Positions 57,090-64,000 of a stretch of DNA of 64,000 bases are shown here, piece by piece (position 1 is the first letter of the stretch; the number at the start of each line of letters is the position of its first letter). The position numbers and the translations under genes were made by a program. Under the pieces are notes generated by a model that saw only the letters and a program-made list of their open reading frames with translations, was not told the DNA's origin and did no database searches. This stretch comes from an uncultured Bacteriovoracaceae bacterium (GTDB taxonomy: Bacteria; Bdellovibrionota; UBA1018): positions 4,036-68,035 of the forward strand of contig CAYIHX010000010.1 of NCBI GenBank assembly GCA_964363305.1. Reading direction: 5' to 3'.

Positions 57090-57398
57090 ATGAAAGCGAA
57101 GCGGCTCAAAGGGATCGTCAAGTACTGGAATGCACTCAAAGGCTTCGGTTTCATCCGGACCGAAGGCCAGGAGGGGGTGGAGGTCGAGGTTGTTCCAGGC
57201 GAGCTTAGCCCCGTCGCCAAGAATTTTCGGAGGGTCGACTCTGCTGTCGCGCAGAGGACGGCTGCGAATATCCTGAGATCAAAGAGCATCGAAGTACTTC
57301 TCGAGGCGGCCATCGAAAACGAGATCTCCGACTTGGAGCTGGGAAAGCGCTTGAACGATCTGATTCGGGCTTCGGGGGGGTGGAGACTGTCCGATTGA
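57090..57398 (+). CDS. Atypical cold-shock-domain-like protein
   Basis: GGAGG RBS. The N-terminus KGIVKYWNALKGFGFI carries the RNP1-like KGFGFI motif, but no DVFVHFS-type RNP2 follows. It has a helical-looking C-terminal extension. Confidence 0.55.
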   Translation: MKAKRLKGIVKYWNALKGFGFIRTEGQEGVEVEVVPGELSPVAKNFRRVDSAVAQRTAANILRSKSIEVLLEAAIENEISDLELGKRLNDLIRASGGWRLSD

Positions 57399-57501
57399 AG
57401 GAGAGTGACAGGAGCTGCGCGAGACCATCCGTGAAGTCGTGCGGGAGGAATTGGCTAAGGCGTCTTGAGGGGATGACTGTCGGCTGAGGTGCTCATTGTG
57501 A

Positions 57502-58410
57502 TCAGCGAAGCAAGCCATCCCAGACCGCTCTCGCGGCCGGTGGAAATTGGTGAGTGGTTCGAGCTGCATTCAGCCAAACGCTGACGATCCATGGTCGCCG
57601 CTTGTCCAAGCGATGCTCGATCAGCGTGCCTGCGGCCAGTTCAGCGGCGATGACATGTCGGGGCACAATGGCGCATCCCACCCCACTGAAAACCATTTGG
57701 AGCACATGATCCAAATTCGATCCGAACACGCGGATGCGGGTTTTCACGCGCCGCTGCTGATGATGTTTTAACCAGCCTTCGATCAGGAGCGGCTTCTGAT
57801 AATAGTCAACCACGGGCAGCTCACTCAGCTCGCCGGTGCAAAGGTGACGATACCTGGAAGGGACTGCCAGAATCAGATTCTCCTCGCGAAGCCGTACGCT
57901 CCGGATCCGTCGATTCCACTTCCGCAAGGGTTGCAGCGAAAGCGCCATTTCCAGATTATTTTTCTGCAGGCCCTCCGCGAGCTCAGCATGCGCGAGAAAG
58001 CGCAGCCGAAGTTGCAGTTCGGGACAATCCAGGAGCATCGCACCCAATCCGTTTCCAAGCGATACGGCCGGGTATCCCGGAGGCATGCCTAGTGTCACGC
58101 GTCCCCGCACCAGCGCAGGCTCATCGCGCACCTCTTCCAGGACGGACTTCAATCCTTGTTCGTTCTGTCTGACTTGCTGCAAGATCCGTCGCCCCGCCGC
58201 AGTCAGCTCCAATCGAATCCCCGACCGGATAAAGAGCTGAACGCCCAGGCCGCGTTCAAGGCTCGTAACGCTTTGGCTGACCGCGGAAGGCGTCCTGAGA
58301 AGTTTTTCTCCCGCCTCGCGCATGGACGAGGATTCCGCGACAACCCGAAATACGTGGAGTTTATTGAGGTCCAGTTCGTTCAGTTTCACTGAACGGTTCG
58401 TATAATCCAT
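57502..58410 (-). CDS. LysR-family transcriptional regulator
   Basis: N-terminal HTH LNKLHVFRVVAESSSMREAGEKLLRTPSAVSQSVTSLE. 302 aa. Divergent from the folate cluster. Confidence 0.9.
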   Translation of the reverse strand: MDYTNRSVKLNELDLNKLHVFRVVAESSSMREAGEKLLRTPSAVSQSVTSLERGLGVQLFIRSGIRLELTAAGRRILQQVRQNEQGLKSVLEEVRDEPALVRGRVTLGMPPGYPAVSLGNGLGAMLLDCPELQLRLRFLAHAELAEGLQKNNLEMALSLQPLRKWNRRIRSVRLREENLILAVPSRYRHLCTGELSELPVVDYYQKPLLIEGWLKHHQQRRVKTRIRVFGSNLDHVLQMVFSGVGCAIVPRHVIAAELAAGTLIEHRLDKRRPWIVSVWLNAARTTHQFPPAARAVWDGLLR

Positions 58411-58453
58411 TTGATTCGACTAATCCATATCCATTGGTCATCCTTCTTTCAAT

Positions 58454-59080
58454 ATGATCTCTATCGAACCTAAATTGCTCTCTCACCCGTGGTACGCGAA
58501 ATGGGAATGTGGCGCGCTGCCTGTAGACTCCATTCGCTTTTATGCCCGCGAATATTACTGGCAGGTCGCTCATTTTCCACGCTATTTGAGCAGGCTGCAC
58601 TCACAGATCGACGATCTGGAGCAGCGGCAGGTGATTCTCGGCAACCTCCTCGACGAGGAGAACTCGGAATTTCCCCACCCGGTGCTTTGGCTCGACTTCG
58701 CCGAAGCCCTTGGCCTGGATCGCGCGGCCGTTCAGGCGGGAACGCCGGGCCCTGCGGCGCAAGAGCTCGTCAGGGAGTTTCAGGCCCTCACGGCTTCAAG
58801 CCCGGCGGAAGGCTTGGGTGCCATCCTGGCATATGAGTCCCAGGTGCCGGAGGTTGCGCGATTCAAAACGAAATCGCTGAAACAACACTATCTCAGCAGC
58901 GAGATGGCGACGAAGGGCGCGCGGTTCTTTGCAGTGCACGAGGAGGCCGATGTTTGGCACACCCAGGCTTTGGAAGGAGTCATCGCGAAGTTTTCGGACG
59001 GGCAGAAGCATCAGGCGCGGGAAGGCGCGGCGCGGGCGTGCTCGGCGCTTTGGAGATTTCTCGATGCCATGCCGTATTGA
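58454..59080 (+). CDS. CADD/PqqC-like heme-oxygenase-fold di-iron protein (candidate non-canonical PABA synthase)
   Basis: HPWYAKWECGAL, FYAREYYWQVAHFPRYL, LGNLLDEENSEFPHPVLWLDFAEALG, FFAVHEEADVWH. Heads the folB-folKP-folC cluster. Confidence 0.7.
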   Translation: MISIEPKLLSHPWYAKWECGALPVDSIRFYAREYYWQVAHFPRYLSRLHSQIDDLEQRQVILGNLLDEENSEFPHPVLWLDFAEALGLDRAAVQAGTPGPAAQELVREFQALTASSPAEGLGAILAYESQVPEVARFKTKSLKQHYLSSEMATKGARFFAVHEEADVWHTQALEGVIAKFSDGQKHQAREGAARACSALWRFLDAMPY

Positions 59081-59411
59081 GCTCGCGGATATAGAGCTGA
59101 TGCTCCATATCGGCTGTACTGAGGAGGAGCGCGCGTCCCCACAACTTCTCCGCTTCCGCATGGTGGTGCGGAGCGTGGAAACTTTTCCAGCCAGCCGCAC
59201 TGATGAGCTTCAAGACACGCTGGACGTCAAGGCGCTTCGCGATCTGCTGATCACTTCCGCGGAAAAATCCAGGGTTCGAACTCTGGAGCGGCTCGGACAG
59301 CTTTTGGAATCCGGTTTTCGCCAGCGGTTTTCCATGGCGGGGTGTGAGTGGGAGATTGCGATCGAAAAAACCAAGTTCGGGTGGTCCTATGTTCATGCTT
59401 GGTCCTCATGA
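59064..59411 (+). CDS. folB: Dihydroneopterin aldolase-like (FolB family)
   Basis: Internal ATG 59064 (MPCRIELADIELMLHIGCTEEERASPQ). About 115 aa, with a FolB-type beta-alpha pattern and context. Confidence 0.75.
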   Translation: MPCRIELADIELMLHIGCTEEERASPQLLRFRMVVRSVETFPASRTDELQDTLDVKALRDLLITSAEKSRVRTLERLGQLLESGFRQRFSMAGCEWEIAIEKTKFGWSYVHAWSS

Positions 59412-60705
59412 ATTTATCGTGGGACTCGGTTCGAATAGTCCCCATGCCATCACGATGTTACGACAGGCTCGCCATGAGCTTCGGGCTCATCGACTGTTTC
59501 GGCTTCTCTCGTCGTCACCGATTTATGAATCCGATGCTTTGTTACCGCCCCACGCGCCCGTGAGCTGGAATCAGCCCTATTTAAACGCCGCCTGTCTCTT
59601 GGAGGCGGTCGCCCCTCAGTCGGCGCGGCTCATTGTGGAAATGCTGAAAGAGCTGGAGCGCTCTCTCGGACGTGCCGAATCGCCACGCTGGGCACCGCGC
59701 CCGATGGATCTCGATCTTCTTGCCTGGGGCGGGCCGGATATCAAAGACCCCTCGGCTTCGGTGCCCCATCCGGGGTTGGCGGAACGCCCGTTTGCCCTTC
59801 TTCCGGCGCAGGATTGCGTGGCTTTTCGGAAACCAGTCCAGCCCCACCCTTGGCGGTACTCTCATCATGAGCAAGTGCCGCAGAAAACCCGACCGTCTTC
59901 CGCCGTTTGGCCCGAAATCGTCGGAGTTTTGAACCTGACTTTAGGCTCATTCTCCGATGGCGGCTCGCTTCGTTCTCAGGCTGATGTTGAGTGCTCCGCC
60001 AGGAGGATGATCGCCGATGGCGCGACTGTGCTCGACATCGGAGCGGAGTCCACTCGGCCAGGCGCAAATCCGGTCTCCTGGCAGGAGGAGGTCGAACGGC
60101 TTGAATCCTCGCTGAGTGTCCTGTCCGCGTTAAAGAGAGAGCTTCACTTCAAGCTCAGCCTGGATTCACGTCATCCCGAGACCGTTTCGTGGTGCCTGGA
60201 AAAATTTCCACTCGATTGGATCAATGATGTCGAGGGTTTTTCAAATCCAAAAATGCTGGAGATCGCCGCCAGGTCGGAGTGTGACTTGGTCCTGATGCAT
60301 TCGCTCGGAATACCGCCGCGCCAGGATGCTGTACTCCCTCCCGATCGCGATCCGATCGCCGAGCTTTTAGCTTGGGGGACGGAGCGCGTCGGACAGCTCG
60401 CCAGAAGCGGCATTTCGCCCAGACGGATCATCTTTGATCCCGGCATTGGATTTGGCAAGAGTCCCGCTCAGAGTCTCGCCATCGTCCTGCGCGCACGCGA
60501 GCTGAATGCCCTCGCGACTCGGCTTCTGATGGGTCACTCCCGGAAGCGATTTCTCGATTTGACAGGAACCATTCCCGCGTCGGACCGGGATCTGGAGACC
60601 GCGCTGGTTACCGCGCGGATTGCCAATAGCGGAGTCGATTACGTGCGCGTGCATTCCCCTGGGATTCAGTCGAGGGCTCTGCGCATGGGTTCGAGGTTGA
60701 TGTGA
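59389..60705 (+). CDS. folKP: Bifunctional HPPK / dihydropteroate synthase (FolK-FolP fusion)
   Basis: HPPK half (VGLGSN, PIYESDA, RWAPRPMDLDLL, VPHPGLAERPF). DHPS half (VGVLNLTLGSFSDGG, DIGAESTRPG, IFDPGIGFGK, GHSRKRF). Confidence 0.9.
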   Translation: MFMLGPHEFIVGLGSNSPHAITMLRQARHELRAHRLFRLLSSSPIYESDALLPPHAPVSWNQPYLNAACLLEAVAPQSARLIVEMLKELERSLGRAESPRWAPRPMDLDLLAWGGPDIKDPSASVPHPGLAERPFALLPAQDCVAFRKPVQPHPWRYSHHEQVPQKTRPSSAVWPEIVGVLNLTLGSFSDGGSLRSQADVECSARRMIADGATVLDIGAESTRPGANPVSWQEEVERLESSLSVLSALKRELHFKLSLDSRHPETVSWCLEKFPLDWINDVEGFSNPKMLEIAARSECDLVLMHSLGIPPRQDAVLPPDRDPIAELLAWGTERVGQLARSGISPRRIIFDPGIGFGKSPAQSLAIVLRARELNALATRLLMGHSRKRFLDLTGTIPASDRDLETALVTARIANSGVDYVRVHSPGIQSRALRMGSRLM

Positions 60706-61934
60706 CTTACCTCGAAGTGGTCCATGAACTGGAGCAGTTGGGGATCATGCCTTTGGGAATGCCAGCGCTCGCGTCTTTTCGGCGCGCCCTGGAGAGGACT
60801 GGATTCGCCTATGGCATCGATCCGGGGAAAAACATCATTATCGCCGGAACAAACGGAAAAGGATCCACTGCGGCCACTCTGAGTCGGCTGCTTCTGGCCG
60901 CGGGCCAAAGAGTGGGTTTGTATACGTCTCCTCACCTGGTCACGACGCGCGAGAGAATTCGTTTAAATGACGAGGATGTTTCAGAGAATGACTTCGTTTT
61001 CGCATACCGTGCTTTAAAAAAGGTGATCCAGGAAGAGGAGCTGACGCATTTTGAAGCGTTAACCTTGATCGCCGCCTTTATTTTTTTCTCAGGACGTACC
61101 GCGCCCGCCGTGGATTGGGTCATCTGGGAAGTTGGCATGGGCGGGCTTTTCGATGCGACCAACGCTATTCCTCATCGTTATTGCGTGATCACGAAGCTTG
61201 GGCTCGATCACACCGCGATCCTCGGAACCAGTCTGCGGGAAATCGCCTTTCAGAAATTCGGAATCATCGGGAAAAACGCGGTGGTCGTTTACAGTCCCAT
61301 GGAGCCCGAGCTTTCAGCACTTCGTGCGGAAGCCTCCGCGCGCACGGGCTGCGAGTGGATTGCGGCGAAACAAGTCGAAGCAGTCTCGCCCAACCGCGTC
61401 TCGACTCCTTGGGGGGATGCGGCTTTGAGTCTCTGCGGCGCCCGAGCGGCGGAAAACACGGGCACCGCGCTGACACTTTTTGAGGTCATGGGATTTGAGC
61501 CCACCCCTGTTCTCCATGCCTTGTCTCGGGTTCGATGGCCCGGAAGATTCAGCAGCTTTGGCACCGACCGATTCCCTTGTCCCGCTTATCTCTCGGGGGA
61601 TCATAACGGTCAGGGTGTCGAAAGCTTGCTGCAAATTTTAGAAGGCTTTTCATGGGACATCCTTCATCTCGTGGTCGGAATCGGAAGAGACAAGGACGCG
61701 GGCCTGATGCTAAAAAGGCTCTGTGGCCTACCGCGAATGAAGCTTTATCTGACGGAAACCCCCTTTAAGCCCACCCGTCTCGAAGAGTACCCTTCGCGAT
61801 TCAAAAAATTGGCGATCGCTGAAAACGTTGATTCAGCTCAACTTCTATCGCTCATCGGCAAGAATGCGGTCTCGCGCGATTTGATTGTCGTAACGGGTTC
61901 ACTCTATCTGGTTGGGCAGATCCTCGCACAATGA
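60702..61934 (+). CDS. folC: Dihydrofolate synthase / folylpolyglutamate synthase
   Basis: GTGA overlap with folKP. P-loop GTNGKGSTAA, HLVTTRERI, and a Mur-ligase-type architecture. Confidence 0.9.
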   Translation: MTYLEVVHELEQLGIMPLGMPALASFRRALERTGFAYGIDPGKNIIIAGTNGKGSTAATLSRLLLAAGQRVGLYTSPHLVTTRERIRLNDEDVSENDFVFAYRALKKVIQEEELTHFEALTLIAAFIFFSGRTAPAVDWVIWEVGMGGLFDATNAIPHRYCVITKLGLDHTAILGTSLREIAFQKFGIIGKNAVVVYSPMEPELSALRAEASARTGCEWIAAKQVEAVSPNRVSTPWGDAALSLCGARAAENTGTALTLFEVMGFEPTPVLHALSRVRWPGRFSSFGTDRFPCPAYLSGDHNGQGVESLLQILEGFSWDILHLVVGIGRDKDAGLMLKRLCGLPRMKLYLTETPFKPTRLEEYPSRFKKLAIAENVDSAQLLSLIGKNAVSRDLIVVTGSLYLVGQILAQ

Positions 61935-61956
61935 GGCGTTACGGTTTGGCAACTTT

Positions 61957-63261
61957 TTAACTCGGGCGTCGCTTCTTCTTGGCTAACAGCCACTTCCACG
62001 CCGGCAAGATTTCGACCTCGCCCACGCCCTTTACGCGGTGACTGCCCTCCTCATCCTGGGTCAGGATAAGGGCCTCGCGCGATCCAAGACTGACCATCGC
62101 AGCTTCAAGCGCGCGCAGCTCACGGGTTCGCGTCTCTTCGTCTGCAAGCGTGTAACAGCACTGAATGGGGGGCTGCCCCGGTGCTACAAAATCGACCTCA
62201 TGACCCTGCGGTGTCAAGAAATAGCGGATATCAAAACATTGGCGTTTGAGTTCAAGAAAAACCAGATTTTCGAGCCGGCGCCCGGCATCGTCATTTCTTG
62301 AAACGGAAAGGGCGGCGGGGAGGCCAACGTCGATGGCGTAAGCTTTTTTTGGGCGTGTGTTTTGCTGATGCACGCTTTCACTCAAGATCGGAACGGTGAA
62401 GGCCACATAGGCGTCTTCGGCAGCAGCCAACAATCGAGCCGCGTTTTCCCTGCCTATTCCGTGTCCCTGGGCTTTCAGGCGCTCAATGAAGCGGTTCAGG
62501 GTCATGGGAGCGCCGAATTGCATAAGAAGCATCTTAAGAAAGGCACGCGCCGCGGGAATGCTGGGCAACTGAAGGCGTTCCACCAGATCGCGAGTCACCC
62601 AAGTCGCAAAGTATTCCTGGAGGATCGGTTTTCGGGAAGGAGCAGGAGCTAGCACGACTTCCGGGAACCCGCCGGTTGTTGAATACTCTCGCCAGGCTTT
62701 TCGAATCAGCGCTCTCTCTGATGAGGAGCTTCCTTCAGCAACCTTTCGGGCGCGTAGGAACTCTCCGAACGAGAAGGGGAATAGTTCATGCCTCAATGAC
62801 CTTCCCCGCATTTCCGTGGCGATATCGGCACTGAACATACGGGCACTCGATCCCGTGAGGAAAATCTCAAACAGGCCCAAGCGAAGCTGGCGTTCAACGA
62901 AAAGCTCCCAACCATTCACTCGCTGAATCTCGTCCAGACAAAGGATCGGCGATCCCGACCGTGGAACCGAGGGGTGATCCTCCAGAAACGCCGTAACCAT
63001 CCCGCCGAGATCTGGAGCGTTCACCCCGCTCAGTCGCTCATCGACGAAATTCAAGGAAAGGATAGGATGGCTGCCTCGGTGCTCCCCTAGCCATTGTCGC
63101 AAGTAGGTCGACTTTCCCGCACGCCTGGAACCTGTGATGATCGTAGCCTTTCCACGCAAGGGGCGGAGGACGAGGTCATCTCGCCGCACTGCGGGAGGCA
63201 GGACGCCTGGCTCCTTCGCTTGATCAGCGATGATTTCTTTCCATACGGTAGAAGCGATCAA
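61957..63261 (-). CDS. AAA+ ATPase with DUF4143-type C-terminal domain
   Basis: Walker A GSRRAGKST, Walker B ILCLDEIQ, and a C-terminal restriction-endonuclease-like DUF4143 pattern (EVDFV). 434 aa. Confidence 0.8.
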   Translation of the reverse strand: MIASTVWKEIIADQAKEPGVLPPAVRRDDLVLRPLRGKATIITGSRRAGKSTYLRQWLGEHRGSHPILSLNFVDERLSGVNAPDLGGMVTAFLEDHPSVPRSGSPILCLDEIQRVNGWELFVERQLRLGLFEIFLTGSSARMFSADIATEMRGRSLRHELFPFSFGEFLRARKVAEGSSSSERALIRKAWREYSTTGGFPEVVLAPAPSRKPILQEYFATWVTRDLVERLQLPSIPAARAFLKMLLMQFGAPMTLNRFIERLKAQGHGIGRENAARLLAAAEDAYVAFTVPILSESVHQQNTRPKKAYAIDVGLPAALSVSRNDDAGRRLENLVFLELKRQCFDIRYFLTPQGHEVDFVAPGQPPIQCCYTLADEETRTRELRALEAAMVSLGSREALILTQDEEGSHRVKGVGEVEILPAWKWLLAKKKRRPS

Positions 63262-63471
63262 GATCTAGTCTCCACTTAGGATCAGTATAGGCTTTAACTG
63301 GTATCCATACAAGACTGGATTTAAGACTCCATTCTCAACTCAGAGCGGATGGGAATGTCCCCCCTTAAAAGACCGTAGATAGCTTCGTTGGCGGGCTTCT
63401 CGATGGTTTCTGGTGCGGGCGTGACTTGTGGGGCCTATTGGGGACCACCCATGAATGGGTCTCGAAAAAAT

Positions 63472-63548
63472 TGGTGGGTCCACTCGGACTTGAACCGAGG
63501 ACCTATCCGTTATGAGCGGACTGCTCTAACCAGCTGAGCTATGGACCC
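63472..63548 (-). tRNA. tRNA with CAT anticodon (elongator Met, or Ile2 if lysidine-modified)
   Basis: The reverse complement folds as a cloverleaf: acceptor GGGTCCA/TGGACCC, D arm GCTC-AGCTGGTTA-GAGC, anticodon loop CTCATAA, T arm CTCGG-TTCAAGT-CCGAG, encoded CCA. It is not initiator-like, since positions 1 and 72 pair. Confidence 0.9.
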
Positions 63549-63571
63549 CCGTGGTCGTGCATATCATACCT

Positions 63572-63997
63572 TCAGAACGCCGCGAAGAGTTGCCATGTGA
63601 GTCTCAACCACAGGGCCCAGAGGATGAATGAGGAGAGCGCATAAGCAATAAAGCGATGCATGATGCGATTGTAGGTGCAGTGAATGAAGCTGTGGATGCA
63701 CCGAAGCGCGACGAACGCCCACCCTGCCCCAACATAAAACGGGTCGGTGAGCTGCGTAACGTAAATCACCAAGAGCGCGACGTAGAAGAGCACGGGAATT
63801 TCGAAGAGATTCTCAAAGTTGTCCGAGGGGTTCACGACGCCCTTGAGGGCGTCCCACCGGGCTGGGTCTGCGAGGTCCTGGGTGCGAACCTTCTTGCGGA
63901 ACATTTCGCCGATGCGCGTGACGTAAAGGTACATCCAGACCACGAACGTGAGGAGTGTTTGTCCGGACAGGGGCAGCAGTATTGGGTGGGAATCCAT
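63572..63997 (-). CDS. MAPEG-family-like small membrane protein
   Basis: 141 aa with four hydrophobic helices. NLFEIPVLFY and RCIHSFIH segments resemble bacterial MAPEG proteins. Confidence 0.55.
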   Translation of the reverse strand: MDSHPILLPLSGQTLLTFVVWMYLYVTRIGEMFRKKVRTQDLADPARWDALKGVVNPSDNFENLFEIPVLFYVALLVIYVTQLTDPFYVGAGWAFVALRCIHSFIHCTYNRIMHRFIAYALSSFILWALWLRLTWQLFAAF

Positions 63998-64000
63998 ACC

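Noticed and set aside
63262-63471. A search for an att-like direct repeat or integrase remnant next to the tRNA
   Set aside because: I found only short imperfect palindromes (ACCCATGAATGGGT, GGACCACCC/GGTGGGTCC). There is no repeat of the tRNA 3' end and no integrase-like ORF, so I make no mobile-element call.
1-64000. A scan for CRISPR arrays, rRNA genes, IS elements or transposases, prophage genes and classic toxin-antitoxin pairs
   Set aside because: I saw no regularly spaced direct repeats, no rRNA-like sequence, and no transposase, integrase or phage structural motifs in any of the supplied ORFs. The only paralogous pair is the two regulators at 53810 and 55554.

Overview
This is a GC-rich, densely packed bacterial chromosomal window. 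I call about 65 coding genes, one tRNA and five rho-independent terminators. I saw no rRNA, CRISPR array, transposase or integrase. All calls rest on motif reading of the supplied translations, because no database search was possible.

Gene content, in order:
- 1-2652: a CheR methyltransferase flanked by receiver-containing signalling proteins.
- 2777-7957: a complete iscRSUA-hscBA-fdx Fe-S assembly operon.
- 7954-17293: a long minus-strand array of MscS, an Opp-like binding protein and two permeases with no ATPase, a hypothetical protein, a GHMP sugar kinase, hpt, upp, tdk and a Zn-metalloprotease.
- 17367-22963: five translationally coupled genes, comprising an ABC ATPase, an ABC-2 permease, GldG-like, DUF4340 and a zinc-ribbon Yip1 protein.
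- 23120-28828: DUF3465, a small Kunitz/BPTI-like secreted protein, a CDF transporter, NrnA, RimK and a lipoprotein.
- 28896-32911: the LptC/A-like, lptB, rpoN, hpf block.
- 32904-38642: a mevalonate pathway cluster (idi2, HMG-CoA reductase, phosphomevalonate kinase, diphosphomevalonate decarboxylase, mevalonate kinase), interrupted by a frameshifted small outer-membrane-protein gene.
- 38691-47842: rpsU and yqeY, then four inserted genes, then smug1-dnaG-rpoD.
- 48110-53749: a secreted Cys-motif protein, prolyl oligopeptidase, an SPFH protein and a TPMT methyltransferase.
- 53810-57398: an accessory-looking regulatory island.
- 57502-61934: a LysR regulator and a folate cluster headed by a CADD-type gene.
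- 61957-63997: an AAA ATPase, tRNA-Met(CAT) and a MAPEG-like protein.

Most interesting signals:
- The best candidate for an undescribed system is at 53810-57398. Two paralogous HTH regulators with V4R-like Cys-motif sensor ends bracket a cytoplasmic gene that weakly resembles acyl-HSL or N-acyl amino acid synthases. An XRE regulator and an atypical cold-shock-like gene sit next to them.
- Four convergent gene pairs share a palindromic CTAG double stop.
- A bacterial 4-Cys Kunitz-like protein.
- A predicted non-canonical PABA route (CADD-type gene).
- A Zn-protease whose signal peptide lies upstream of any canonical start codon.
- A strongly structured 5' leader at 47933-48109.

The gene content (mevalonate pathway, DUF3015, DUF4105, SMUG1, GldG cluster, salvage genes) suggests a Bdellovibrionota- or Oligoflexia-like organism. 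That is a low-confidence inference.
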